Assembly: GCA_036172245.1 (NCBI GenBank)
Contig: JAYWIR010000004.1
Span: 1,798,001-1,862,000 of the forward strand
Reading direction: 5' to 3'
DNA from: Raillietiella orientalis
Taxonomy: Eukaryota
Length of the DNA stretch: 64,000 nt
In this document: one piece after another, positions 35,027 through 49,100 of the stretch
Layout of the letters: every line of letters starts with the position of its first letter
Position numbering within the stretch: position 1 is the first letter of the stretch
The notes under the pieces: generated by a model
The model's input: the letters and a program-made list of their open reading frames with translations, nothing else
Database searches by the model: none
Told to the model about the DNA's origin: nothing
Position numbers and translations under genes: made by a program

Positions 35027-38000
35027 TCACAGACTGGAAGGGAAGAAAATTCTCAACTGCCCGTCATTACTGGCAGTTACCAAAGACGAACCCTTTGGAG
35101 AGAAGCAAACATCTGTTACCACGTCCTGGTGACCAGGAAGCTTGTGAACGACACTATAAGTTTGTCGCAAATCATAGATGTATGCCTACAAAGAAAAGAG
35201 GAATGAAAGAAGGAGTGGTGTTTGGAAGAGAGTGCGTCTTGACTTTCTTACGCATTTATTTTCCGCGCCGGTGGCAACGAAGCTGCCACAAGGGCTAAAA
35301 ACGGCTCTGCACGTTTGCGTCCTATCCAAATGGTGACACAGCTTCAAGCAGCAAGCACGTGACCGCAGGTCCCACAGCTTGATGCCATCGCAAATGGAAG
35401 AAGTGAGGAAGATGTTGTACATCCCCAAGGGATTTGCAAAATACTGACTGCCTTCATTCTACAAACACATCAGCCATTTTCAAGATGATTGGGTACTTCC
35501 AAATCAGAGACGGTAACTGAAAGAAATTACCAACGATATGCAATGCGTTTGGCGAGAGTGGGCTTCTGGAATCTTCCAGGCAAGTTTCTGCACGTTGAGG
35601 TCTAGGACTTGAACGCTTTTATCCGTTCCGCTACAGAAGACGTAAACAGTGACAAGTTAAGGAACTATGTGGACCAGCTATCAGATGGCAATCTACGATT
35701 TGTTTTCCCAACGCAGAATGCAACTAGTCTTTCCTACACTATTAGCAACGATCTGATGTTGAATGCATAAACACAACACGCACACATACACATACAACGC
35801 ATCTCTCTCATTTTCAGTGCGTCACTTCCTGTCCAATAAAATTCACCGCTATCTTGGAATTCTGCACTGGAGCATCATCCGTTGCTGGGTGTTTTCCTCA
35901 CGCTGGTTTTCGGATATTTATCGTATCAGCATGCACTTTAAATTGGTCTCGAGGGACGAGATTCTATTCGTAACATAAGAGGGAAAAGAAAAGAAGTGAA
36001 AAATGATCTTCGAAAAAGGTATCGGCTAAACGTTTCATGATTTTCTGGAAATCACGAAGACGAAGACAGCAACAGCGAACTTCAGTGAAGGCGAGGCTTA
36101 GCAAAGAAGTTTTTCATAAGAGCGAACGAATTTTGATTTTTTAGTCTGCTGTTTTCCCATTTCCCACCAGACAAAAATCATTTGCAGTTCAATTGTGAAG
36201 GCTGCTTACAGAGTAATCAAATACAAGAAACGCCTTTAACGAAAAACTAAGAATGAGTGGTCGACCACAGGCTATCTTATGCACAACTGACGTCAAGGAC
36301 TAGCCATTCGGCTCGAGTTCATCTGGCAACGGGCTTCAGCAAGTCGATTAAAAAGTGATCAAGATGGCTTAATCTCTAGAGCCGTTGTTACAGAACGCAG
36401 GAAGCGCAAAGCAGTCGATAACGAAAAAATCTCGCCATTTTCTGCTGCATGCATGAATTCATGCATGCAGCAGAATTCTTGTCCGAATCTGAGCAGCCGT
36501 TCTCGTCATCATGTGCATTCTCGGAGAGTGTTTAGTTACCGGATGCAGAACGAGATGCTTCGCGTGAAGGAAAAACGGAAAGAGATCTCAGTGAAAGGAT
36601 ACATGAGTGAAACTGGTTCGCGGCCGCCGCTGACACAAGGCGCTGACAGTTGAACGAAAATGCTTTGACCAGGGAATAACCTTCGCTTTTGTAGGATCTG
36701 GAAATACAGTCAGAACGGCCAGCAGAGAGGAAACTACCCACTCCTTCTTCTTCTGCACACACCAGTCGTACATGTACAGTTTTGATCCGCAAACCAGAAG
36801 CACGAATTTGTCCATATAATAAAACTGGACATGTAGAATGCTGTTGTCAAAACAGGGATTGCTCTGAAACAACGTTAGTCTCCACGAACTGTCATTAGAA
36901 CTGTCACTGCTACCAGTGCGTGTTTCTTCCCTTTGAACTGCAGGCGGGTTTCACGGGATTTCCACTTCCACAGTCTGGCACAGGAATCATCCGAGGAAGT
37001 GATAACCCAGTCAGAGTCTAAATTGAACCTGACTGTATTCACGGCGCTCTTGTGGCCTATGAGATTAAATATTCTACTCCTTCCACCATCTTCCAGCGCT
37101 TTGGGGAAAGGCAGAACGTGAGCGGCGTGCGCCTTGGAACACACAGCTAGCCACGAGCCCAACGCTACGGGGAGAGGTTCCATATTTCGGTTGCAGATGC
37201 AGCAGCTCCCCCAGATGGATGATGACAGACAGCATGCGATCGAAATGCACACGTCGTCGTATTCTGCGCATGCCAAAAGCGTTCGACTTGGCGGCACCCT
37301 CAGCATCCACAGAAGGTCGTCTTTCCGTGTCTCGGCATGGAAAGGTGCATCGAAATTCGAAAAGTTTGCTATCATGCAGGTGCAGACGAGAAGCCAGAAG
37401 AGTTTCTAAGAGAACCTCAGCATGCCTTGAACCTCGAGGAGAGGGCGAATATCTCACAGCGGTGCGCACGCGCGGTGGGCGGTGGTGCATCCACTATAAA
37501 AACGGTGCGGTGAGTCTTGTTCGCACTCGCGTCTCCGCTGAAGAGCGTTGGCAGCTGCCTGCAGGCTCGGCAGTCGACCACTTGCCATGCGGAAATCGGC
37601 CACGAATCTGCGACAGGCACCACTTACAATCAATGGCCATGCTGTTGATCTGCGTGGACTTGACGTACAAGGCGAGCTGTCCTTTCAAGGTGTCGCTGAC
37701 ATCGCAGATCTCCAGGATCCCATGCATCCTTTCCAGAAGGCGGGTGTTCCGCCTGCTTTTGAGGATTTCGCTTTTCGATTTCTGGTTGTGTTTCGGATGC
37801 AGTTTCACGAATCGGGGAGGTTGATCGTATCCGGAGGATTTTATTTTGGACAGCCTGATGATGGATTTTCCGGATGCTGCTTCTGTCGCGTCGAGAGACT
37901 TGGCTTTCGACATGTTGGTGGCCAGGGAGAGAATCGAATCGCTGTTTTCTGGAAAGCTGGAAAAGCGGTGTCGACGAGTTCATTAACCAGGCGGCGGCCT

Positions 38001-39712
38001 GAACCCTCCGTACTTGGCAATTAGTGATAAATTCGACTGCTGCTGGTCGACGTCGCCCACAGCCACGATCTGAATCCAAACGACCTTCGCATCATTGATG
38101 GGCTGCGCGAAGCAGCTGATAACCTGTGGTTCGCAGCTGCTAGTGAACTGCACGTGGCGACAGATTCCGAGAACATCTTCCGTGAGATAAAACAAGGCAT
38201 AAAGAGGCTCTAAAGACTCACCTCCTGAGGTATCTCCCATGGCTCTAAAATCGAAATAGGTGATAGGCTCCCAGGATTTAGAGTGCAAGACCACAATGCT
38301 CTGAGAGTCTGCTACGAACAGGTATGATGAATTTTGGAGGAGTTTCCTGCTCCCGGTGAAATCAAAACACACAAAAAAGGAAAACAAATCAAAACAATCA
38401 AAAAAAAAAGTCATGCTCTTTACTTAAGCACAAGGGAATCTTCCTGATTTTCATCCAGTTCTTTTACAGCAGGATCGATTCTTCCAAAATAGGCAGACAG
38501 AAGACAGGAAGGCTGAAAACTGGTTGCAGGATTCATGCGGACCTGCTTGTCTGGTAAATACAAAACGACTTTTTAAAAATGATCGTTTTTTTTTTTTTTT
38601 TAAAAAAAAAAGGTAATTCAAACACAGCTCTTCACAATGCGCCGTTTTCTGAAGCTGACTCATCCCAAACTGAGAACACTGAGAACACACCCTTCGAACA
38701 AAGAGATCTCCTGTACATTTCTTCTTTCAGCAGATATAAATCAAATCCCGTGATGTAGCAATACGTCGTCAGGGTCAGTTCCCAGCAATATATTTGTCCC
38801 TCGCTGGATCCCACAATGACCCGATTCGACGTCACGTCCATGGTCAGAAGGATCAAGGGAAACCCTCCAAAGATGTATATTTTGTAAATGCATTTACATG
38901 TTCGAGCATCCAAGACCTAGAAGACACGCCGATTCTAATAGCCCGTTAGGTGCGGCGGCTGGGCAGCAGGTCCGCGGGGACCCGCCGACCTCGCTCAAAC
39001 TAACATGCAGGATCCTTTTTTCCGTTAAGCTCACAAGCTGCTCGTTGTAAACGTTGGAGAAAGAGAGATCCACGATCCTCCCGCTGGAAAGCTGGAGCGT
39101 TTTCATGGAGGGCTTCTCTTTCCTTCTCTGGAACAAGGAACGCGAATGAAATGGTAGGGAAGCTCGACCCCCCCTACTGCGTTAGGATGGCACCCCCGAG
39201 GAATTACGTGGTTTTCTATCAGGTGGATTTTATTTTCTATAGAAGCTGCTATCCACGCTCCTTCCGAATCGAAACAGCAAGCACTGATGATTCCCAAGCC
39301 GCAGCTGAGCACAGTTCCTCTTTCCGGCCCTCCTTACAATGTATTACAAAGTAGGCGACCGGGGTCGGATGAGCACTTTTACCCGATTCGTAATTGCTGA
39401 AGACTTCCTGTAAATCCCAGATGATGATGTAATCCTCGCTGCACGAGCACAAGAATTTTTCCTCGTACAGAGTGACTGCAGTGATGTTCTTATAGTGACC
39501 ATGCAAGCACATCTAAAAAACACGTGTGTATTTTGGTGGTGCACGCGGACTGGTTTCCGGGAAACCTCTCTGGACGTGATTGCGGGTGAACTCAAGATTA
39601 AAACGTGCTTGTTGATGCGAACGACTAATCGTTCACTGCACATCTGCAACGTGAAAGGAGTGGGGAATTCACCCTTCCACCGAAGGACGAAGCTCTTAGC
39701 GGGTTTCTGCAT
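35027..39712 (-). CDS. WDR27: WD repeat-containing protein 27-like, 14 exons, about 829 aa
   Basis: Hand-spliced exons (minus strand): 39566-39712, 39383-39512, 39208-39332, 39005-39127, 38691-38916, 38424-38550, 38014-38346, 37628-37956, 36914-37164, 36742-36863, 36603-36697, 35531-35646, 35252-35458, 35027-35185, with consistent phases. WD40 motifs (LHGH..ITAV..LCSCSEDYIIIWDL; GHKSAVNTVRF..VITSSDDSCARLW; GHQDVVTDVCFSP) and WDR27-type segments (KIKSSGY, QFYYMDKF, EAHSR, YNIFLT..DGIKLWDLR, FSPCG.FVATGAE). Confidence 0.85.
35647..36602 (-). other. U12-type (minor spliceosome) intron in WDR27, probably GT-TG
   Basis: 5' splice site GTATCCTTT at 36602-36594 and branch-point motif TTCCTTAAC at 35664-35656, both matching the U12 consensus. 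Confidence 0.8.
36440..36475. repeat. 36-bp perfect spacer-less palindrome
   Basis: ttctgctgcatgcatgaa|ttcatgcatgcagcagaa is its own reverse complement. Confidence 0.9.
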
Positions 39713-39973
39713 TCATATCTTTTTTGCTCCCAAATCGAGGTTCGCCTGGAATCGAAGACTGTCCAAAGCTCGTGGAGGCTGCAACTCTGGAATCGGTTGG
39801 GCGGTTACTCAATCGTTCCCACACTCAAATCATCTTTATTTGGCAGCCACGTCTCAAGAGAGTAAAATTCAATTTTCAAAGGGTGGTAAATTAATTTTCT
39901 AATGGAACGTCCCATTTACCACCCACGCGGCATGTCCACGGAAATTAAAATTACAATGAACTTAACAAAAGTA

Positions 39974-39979
39974 TTTATT
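39974..39979 (-). terminator. Poly(A) signal of the myosin gene
   Basis: AATAAA on the minus strand about 125 nt after the myosin stop codon. Confidence 0.6.
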
Positions 39980-40104
39980 CATGTTTTGTAATCACAGCCT
40001 TAAGCATGTCCAAAGTTAACCAACGATCAGTAAGCGTAAAAATTAGCAAAAAATGACACGAAACCTTCGGGGGCAGACATCTGAGACTAGATAGTGGTCT
40101 TTCT

Positions 40105-43100
40105 TCAAAGATTGGAACAACGGCTTGAGGATTTGAAAAATCTTTCCGATGGGGCTTTGCTTTCGGCTTGAAGTGCGACCATGTAATCCCTCATCAGAGT
40201 GCTGATCTGAAATGCCTGGAAACGTCAAGGAGCAGCTCAGCATCTTTCCTTCTCCTTGTGGAACTTCTTGAGATACTTACTTGCACCGTGTTCAGAATAG
40301 TTTTAGTCTGTTTACGAATGGTACCCGTGATGATCATCAAGCAGTTAATGGAAGGACTATGGCTCAAGATCTCCTCGTAGCCGTAGGCACAGAGCACGTG
40401 GCGGGATCTCTGCTCTAGCAGGTGGATACCCTGTTGATCTATAGCTATCCAGAGATCTTTGGGCCAGTTCGACGTGAAGGATTGCTGAGGAGACAACGTT
40501 CTGGATGAAACGGAAAGATATACCGACCATAACGTCAAAGATGGTGGCCCTGTGTAGAGGCCAGCTTTGGAAGATGGTCAAGAAGGCCTGTTTCCCTTCT
40601 TGAGGAGTCAGTCCCTTGAGGGACTGATGGTGGATACTGATCAAGTCAAGGCTGATGCTTTCCAGGATGCGAGGCGACAAGAAATTGGTGAGGATGCTGC
40701 GGTAGTCGACCGCATCCTTGACATAGTCGCCGATTTTTATCTGCGCGCTTAGGGCGCACAGCATTACAGCCTCCATAGGGGACACCGGGAAATAATCCCG
40801 CCGGAGAGCGTGGAGGAATTGATGAAAGAGAAGCTCTTTCTCCACTGGGTCGTCGAAGTTGACCCAGCCGCACAGGAACAAATGCTTCTTGAGAAACAGC
40901 ATGTGCTGGCTGCTCCCAGCGTCTTGTCCAGCAGGGCCGACGCCAATGCGACACCTTTCCCACTTCGAAAGAGCGTCAGTCATCTTTTCTTCAGGTGGAA
41001 GGCTCCTTTCGAAAGGTCCGAATACCTCGTAAAGCGCGAAACCTTCGATGAGGAAAGGAAGGAGTGATGGCTGAGTTCCCTGCTTCGATTCGCTCTACCT
41101 TTGCAGGTGGACTGCAGCCCGACCTGCTCTTGCACCAGCCTGAGAACGTCCTCCACGGTGCAGGTGGCGTCGAACTCTATGGAGTAGAACTGACCGTCCA
41201 TGAGGTGGAAGCGGGAGTGGATGGGGCGCCGGTTGATGGTGCAGATCACCTCTTGTCTGGAAGGCGGCCACTTGCGCCGGATGGTACTCAGCTGCTTGTA
41301 AACGTACTTGGTGCCACGTCAGGATTTCGAAAACGACAGCGACCACGCCTCCTTACTTTGTCGGAGAACCGGGCGATCTTCCCCTCCTCCGTCACGTAGT
41401 CGCAGGCGCACTTCTTCAGGTGGCTGATGAGGTACCTCCTTATCAGCCTACTGCACGGCAGAGTGACAGAGCAAGCCACGGACAGCATCGCCCAGTGTCG
41501 GAGATTCACTCTGGAGTTCGGATCAGGGTGGTCCGTGGTCTGCTTTATTAGCTGTAAGAAGAGTTCGTCCAGCAGCGCATCGCTCTGCATAGCCTGCTCC
41601 ATGATACTCTGCACAAGCTTGATGGGGTCTTCACACGAAGACTCGGCTGATTTAGGAGGGGCGCACACTTTTCTTTCTCTTCCCACTCTCCCAACCAGAA
41701 AGGCTCACCCTGAGGCAGTAGTCCAGAATACGTCAGCAGCATCCTGGATATTTCCCGGGAAGTCGCTTCCTGGTCCGGACTCAACTCTCTACTGAGACTC
41801 TGCGATACTGGATGGGTGCTGAAGGCCCAGAAAGAGCAGCTGAAGCCTCTGTACATTTCCCGCAACCCTTCGTTGGTCTTTTCCATCTTCCACCGGGATC
41901 TGTTCAATCTGGAATAGACCGAAAAAAGAAAAGAAAAGAACCGAGCGGTCCGTGGCGAATCTTACTTTCTTAAAGTGTTTTTTAAAAAGCTGTCCTCTTC
42001 CGGAGGCCTTTGTACCGTCTCGCTATCTATGAGAGCTCTTCGACAGTTGATTATGTTCTGATGCAAGCGGTGCCGATCTTCCAGAGTCAACCTCATTTTC
42101 CTGCACGGTCCATCCATGTCTTTCAGCCAGCCAGCCAGAAGGGGAGAGTAGCTTCCCAGGAGGAAACCAATCTCTTCCTTGGATTCACTTTCGAACACCA
42201 AACACTTAGGCACATCCGAGGACGCTTTCAGCAGGTTGATGGTGATGAAGTTGTCACTGGGATCGATGAATATGGACTCTACGTCAGAGTAAGAACATTC
42301 TATAAATGCAGTCTTTTTCTCGGGGATGATCACGTAGATGCCTTCGCAACCTATCCCTAGCAACACGTCAGCATTAAGGGACCAATATCCACGGTAAGTA
42401 ACGTTGAAAAAGTTGCATCCATAAAGTGGATACTGCATGACGCAAGATAGGTACCAGACCTTTGCCATGAGATCGGACTTTCCGGATCCATAGCAACGAT
42501 GGGCTTCCGCAAGGAGCGCCGCCTACAACAAACTGATATTTTACATGGCATTTGCTACTGTACTCTAACCCATTCCGTAGGAGAGCGCGTGCTGCGTATC
42601 CGTAAAGGGAGGAAATTTTCAACTTGGAAATAATCACTAAGATTGCTTCCGGGAGTTTTCATGGTCACCTGAGCCTGGATCCCTGCCAACTGTAAAGCCA
42701 TTTCTTCATTGACGGGAAAACTGTCTTGCTGCTTCCGGATGTTAGTTTGGTTCCCAGGACGCAGGGTGTGGACAAACCTTGACAACGCTGTGCACGGCCT
42801 GAGCGTACAGCAAGTTTATTTCAACAGGATCCCTGGGGATTTCCTGGACGTGTTTGAAGAGTCTTTTTTTGAATAAAAAATGGCTATTGGTGATGTCCGA
42901 GAATCTTTCGCTGTCTCTGTGGGAACTCCTTTTGGGAGTACCTCCAGCAGATTCAGCACTTTCAAAGCGTGACGTTTTGGAACGCTTCACACCTTTAGAC
43001 AACCTGCTCAGATCGAAACGGTAAGGGACACGAACGTCAAGAGACATGAAATTACATCTCCCAAGACGAAATCACGTCGTAGAGGTAGTCGTGGGTCCGA

Positions 43101-46100
43101 AGGTACTTTTCGTGCGTCCCACGGCACTCGTAGATGGCCCAGCCATCTAGACTGACAAGGCTTATCCGTTCCGCTATTTTCTGCATGGCATCACTCGCAG
43201 TGTCGCAGGGGTGAATGTCGATAGCTTTCGTGCTCCCGTCCATGAAGAAAAATCTGCAGACCACGGTGCCCAGTCTTCTCATTGCCTGAAAACAGCATCA
43301 TGAGGTTTGCGCAACAGTGCAACATCAGTGACACACAGCTATCTCCACAGATGAAGGAGGCATCTTCCTGCAGTTCACTTTGTTGTTTTTGCAGTTGGTA
43401 GAACACCACTGAACATACTGCTGCAACTTTCCTTCCAGGTGAGAATTCTTATGCAAGAAGCTGATGAAATACTGAAACGCAGGAGTCACACAGGGTGCAC
43501 GCTGCTACCCCTGTCTCACTTTGTAAAGAGTTTTGCTTGGATGGAATGCTACAATGCTCAAGCTCAACAGGATCCACACCTTTTCCAGAGATTCTCTGCT
43601 AGGATTGTTTGTGGCTTGTCTCATGCACTGAACGTAGATCTCATCCCTCAACTCCTCCTTTTCGATACCATGGCTAATGACCGACTGTATGATTTGATTT
43701 TCTTGTTCCACCTTCACTTCGTTCCTAATCAGCTTGCAGATGTCCTAAAGATCATCCTCCGATCCGCCTTTTTAAGTAGGGTTTTTGATACCTTGAAGAT
43801 GTTAATAGCTAGCATGATATTTTCGGGATCGAAGAGCTGAATGTGAGAATTAGGAATGGATGAACTCTTGGAGTATGTGACCATTTCATATTTAGGAATG
43901 GTTTCTTGTTGGCATGATTTTCGTCTAAGAGTGCCCATGAGAGATCCTGAAGCTCGAATGAAAACTCAGATCCTAAAATTGAATGTAAGATCCATTACCT
44001 TCCAGGGACTTTTCATGAGGGTTGAAATATTCTTCCGCAAACTCAATTATGTCGTAATAGATCGTTTCTTCTTCTTGACGGTTTTCACGAGATTCGATCT
44101 CTTTGATCTGCTTCTTGATACGTTGTTTACGTCGTTCTTCTTTCTCAAGAAACACTCTGATTCCATCTTCGTCACTCTTTGGGCAGGTTACCTAGACACA
44201 TGCACGAGTGCGTTAATCAAGTTAGTTAGTCTCCTGCCTCAAATAAGCTGCAGGACGCTTGGCTCGTATATCTGAAAGCCTCTCCGAACCAAGCGTCTTG
44301 CATGCTATCATCCCTGAGGGTTATCAGCTTACGTGGACGGGAGGAGCATTCAACGTTGTGACGTTTGGAGACTTCACTGCGCGTTCTTCCAGAGAGAAGC
44401 GACATTCCTCCTTTAGGGAAGATGTGCCCTCCGACTTGTTATTCCTTTGTACGCAGTCACTGCTGACGTCCTCTAAGATGCGTTCCATGAGTTCAATCTC
44501 TTCGTAGATGTTTCTCTCTTGGCTTCTTCTGTACATCAGAGCGTCATCTACTATGGTTATCTTGTCGTCGGACATTTTCTGCAGCTCTTCGGCTGGAGGC
44601 TCGACGAAAGTATCAGAAGGCGCAACAGATGGAGGTGGAAAGGATGGAGGAACATCACAGTTATTGCAGAGCGTCTGTTTCTGGTTGGCAACTTCGTGGT
44701 CTGAAACTGCATCTTGGGGAGGAGGTGGGATGAACAGAGTGGGGGGATTACGCTCTGCTAGAGCACAATCGGCCTTCTTCTTCTTCATGGAATGAAGCTA
44801 TCAATCCCAAGTAGCAATTATTGATGATAGGTAACACAATGCATCGTACCTCCTGTTCGAAAGTACACGCCAGTGTTTGCATTTTGCTAGTTACCTCGTC
44901 CAGGAACTTATGGGAATCATTTTCCTTCAAACCGAATGGAGGAAAATTTTGAGTTGCGTGGCTTTCCAGTTTTTGATCTGCTTCAATAACCGAAATTCTT
45001 TTCAGCTCGCCTTCATTGAGGCTGGAAACGAAAAGGAAAAGACAAAACAAACATGAAAAAACGCTTGCTTTATGGCGGCTGGCTATGGAGATAAAGTGTA
45101 CGGAGATATACGTTACTTTTTGCTACTCGTGATGTACAGTTGGCTCCTACGGCTCCGTTCTTGAAATCGCCGTGTTAGCTCTTCAACGCGACGAATTTCC
45201 AGCAATGTCCTTGCCACCTACAACGCAGACATCATCGTCATCATTTAGCAGCAGAAGCAGCAACTTCAAAGAACTGCATTTATAGGTTTATCCGTGAAGT
45301 TACCAAAGACACAGGCTGCTTGTGATTTTATATGTAGAAAGCAGCAAGGTAACTTCTATCTTTTGCAACAGCAGTCAAAGGCTATTGCGAAAACTGCCAA
45401 ATCATGCTTAAGAGCTTCAAAGTACTCTAATCTTAACGCTACAACGGATAGAACGATGAGCTCAACGATGAGAGTTGTGCAAAAAGCACGAAACTTCTGC
45501 TTGAAAAACATAAATTCACATCACTGGTCAAAAGGCTATGCATGCTTGAAGTGCAGTGCTTGAGACGTTTTGAAGGAAACACTTGAAGAATGCACAGGAT
45601 CCTTAGCATCGTCCTATGGTCTCTCTTGTTCAATCAGTATCTTTTGAACCTTAACTGAACATCTTTTAATCTCATTACAAAATACTATATTTTATACTGA
45701 ATAACTGGATTTTGGAAACACGCAGACTCAGACATGTTGATTACATGTTCCAGCATAGATGTACTGAAAAGCGAAACCGCTAAAAAAGGATCACGAAAAG
45801 AAATGTCCGAATCGAGTTTCCAGAGATGTATCTGTTTTATGAGATCTATCTGTTTCCAGAGTTGTATCTGACGTATCGACGAGTTCCCATGTATATGGAT
45901 GATTTTCAGAAAGCTTTCTTTGTAGACGGGGAATCATTAAGGAGCACTGCTTCAAAGAAAGACATGGGATGTTCGAGGATGGTTACTACGCATCGCAGAT
46001 TCACCTATGGCGCGCGCAGGTCGAAGCGCAGAGGGGCAAGACATTCCTCCTTCATCTAAAAGCATTCAAATGAGGGGTAATCCGTGTCCTGCGTCGGACA

Positions 46101-49100
46101 GCATCGTGCAACCCGGATGAAAGGAGTGGCTACTCCTTTCATCCCACCTGTGGTCTCCTGACAATCCCTTCGTGCATGCTGCTCGACTGAACCTACTACC
46201 CATGCGAGCGACACTTGCAAGAAGCGGTGTGGACGGGTTATGCAAGAGATGCTCGACATGGGAAGTGTCCTCGACGCACATTCTCAATCTCTGAGTGCTT
46301 CACCGCCAAGAGGCACGACCATCTGGGTGCAGCCGCATCAACGAAGCAGCGCAAGGAACACGGGAGCTGGTGGTCTCACCAACGAATCCCAGGAAGCGAC
46401 CTGAGACTCCGGCCGGACGTAGCACTTCCGAAAGAAAGTCGGACTATTACACACTCGACATGGCCTCGCTGTGTGAGGGCGTGGCAATAGCACGGGATGA
46501 AGCAAGGCAGAGAAAAGACCAAATATAGGTTCATCCTGTTCACGGACAATGGTGTTCGGCTGGAAGTAAGAGCGCTAGTGGTAGGTTCCCTGTCCCGGGA
46601 TCCTGGGATCCCAATAATACGACGAGGTGCTCAGAGGACTTGAAATCCTCCGAGCGGAAAACAAAGAGGTGTTACGCTCAATACCCGATATAGCCGGTAT
46701 ATGTACCGGTGACAAAACTCGAGTCACTGGCCAGAATGAGTCGTTGCCTGCGAGCCATCTGTAGTATGACAAGGTGGTGGAAAGTGAGGAGAATCCACAC
46801 AGTTTGCCAAGGACACAAGTCTACTCAAGTGTGAGAAGAATTCGAACTTGCTGATTAACGAATAAGATGAAGTCTTCAACTGAAGTGCCTTAAGAACGAA
46901 AGAAGTGTCCACCACGTGGGGTTTGGAAGAGGAAAACAAAGTTCTTAAGCTTGAGCTGTTAAGATAAGGCATCGTCTGAGTCTTGAGTTTGGCACTTGCC
47001 GGTTACATGTGGAGATCACCGTTCTCAAAGGTACGTCTGCAAAGGCAGAACCATGTTCCCCCTTTCACTCCTCCGAAACAGCATCAAATGACAATTCACT
47101 GCGCCGTGCAAGGAGCTCCTTGGTCAGAGGCAGAGGCGATCTTCGGGAAGACCAGCGACAATCTCACATAGGCACGGCGACCCTCTCGGGCTGCGTGAGT
47201 CGACTAAGGATCGCGGAGGGCGCATCGCGCCAGTCGCGTCGTGTGTCCTGAACCGACCCCACTCAGTGAGCAGGGAAGCGAGACGTCGTCCCGCAACTTT
47301 TACGACAACAGGATGAGCTCCCACGCACGTGTGCCAGCTGGAGAATCCCACGGCTGCTCCACAGCGCCGCCGCCGCCATGTGTCTAACAGGAATCATCCG
47401 CGCATGTTGCTGTTTGTGGACGCTTCCGCTGGGAAAGCTCCCGGCTTAGGTCAAACTCGCATGTACGCTTTTTCTTGTATCATGACATTTTCGGGTCACG
47501 AGCGAATTAAATCCTTATGACAGCGAAAAGGACCAAGCGGTGGGAGAGAGATCCGTAAGAAGCAGGACACGATTTTCCGCAGCTGCAAACTTGCGGTTCA
47601 CGTGAGCACGTGTTCGTTCCCCGAATTTCCATCTTGGAGTGCAACGCGTCCGTCCCGAGAGAGGTCCCAGGACACGCGCATCACAGTTTGGCAAGGAAAT
47701 CCTTTCATTCGTTTTCACAGCTCCTCATGGGCAGTGCCCGAACTAGACGTGCCGTTCCCCTCGGCGATTTCTCGTCTCCGAGACTTCCAGCTCTCCTGAC
47801 TGAAATACGCAGGATGGTGCATCTGGTCTGCAGGATGAACGTAGCACGACCTCGACACCATTCGCAAGAGAAATGCATTTTCCCAGGGGTCTGGGGTTAA
47901 AGTCTTGAGATTGAAGAACACCACAGTCTCGCTGTCCTTAAATCTCGGATCACAAAGAGCAACACAGAACGAAATACACGAAGGACAGAAAAAAAGGAAG
48001 AGGAGAAGGCGGTCTCTTTGGCTCCAGGAGCGACGTCAAGCAGATCGTTTGCGAATGCTTCAACTCGAAGGTCGCTCTTGGAAGGGTAGAGTTTCCCACT
48101 CATCAGGCAAAAAGCCTCGTGCGAAAGGAAATGTGCTGCAGCTGCCAGCTGCTGTCTTCCTTTAATCGCACGAGCTCTTGCAATGGTTGCCAAGACAACT
48201 TCTTTCTCTTTTGTCTCCCGCTCCCCTACGACACGGGGAGGGAGGTCGCCCTCATTTGGAATCCGGTCCACGGATAGAAGGGGACCGTGCCCTACTATGA
48301 TTGTCTTGCCGTGAGCAGAAATCGGCTTCATCTCGTACCCGAACGCACTCATTGAGCAATACGTGTACACGGCGATAGTCCAGCTCTGGCTCATGCGGGA
48401 AACGGACCGACAACCTATAGCTCGTGAGGGATTCCCGCGCCGTCTCGCGGGGAGAGAAGGAATCCGCCGCCCGCAGAAGCGAAAGAGCGAAGCGACCGTT
48501 CTGAGGCAGCGAAGGGTGGATTGGGAGACGTGGGACACCAATGGGATCCGGGAAGCTCTTGCAAGCGATTTCTGCATCCAGGGGAATAGGGGGCAGCAGG
48601 ATGACCGTTCTGGAAGTCTGCTAGATAAAAAGCAGCAAAGTGAGACTTTGGAGAGAAAAAAAAAAAAAACGCACGCGGAAGAGGCACCGAACAGTTTCCA
48701 CACCTTCAGCAAGAAGCAACGCCTTTTAACCAAGGATGCGGCGCGCTTAAGGAAGGGATGGAGAGACAAAGCAAGCGCTTTGCCCCTCCATTCGAAATTC
48801 GGAATCAGGGATCTAGCCCGAAGCGGGTGAAAGTTTCCGGATGTGCTGCGATCCGCTCTGGCTGAGGATGGGCTCGAAGAACCCGGTCAGCCGTGACTCC
48901 GGATCTATCCGAAAAGGGGGGATTCCTGTGCCCCGACATCAGCCGCACCTCTTACGCATGTGCACCTCTTCGAGTTTCTCCTTCTCAGTGGCCTCTTCCT
49001 CATGGCTTCGGCTTGCTATGCAAATTTACCTCCATTCCACCTACTGTGACCCCCCCCCTTTTAAACTGGATCACCGTGGTGGCAGCCATGCCAAAGGTGA

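Noticed and set aside
44225..44271. Extra myosin exon after the acceptor-like ggctttcag
   Set aside because: It has an in-frame TGA, and exons 44333-44797 and 43999-44191 join in phase without it.
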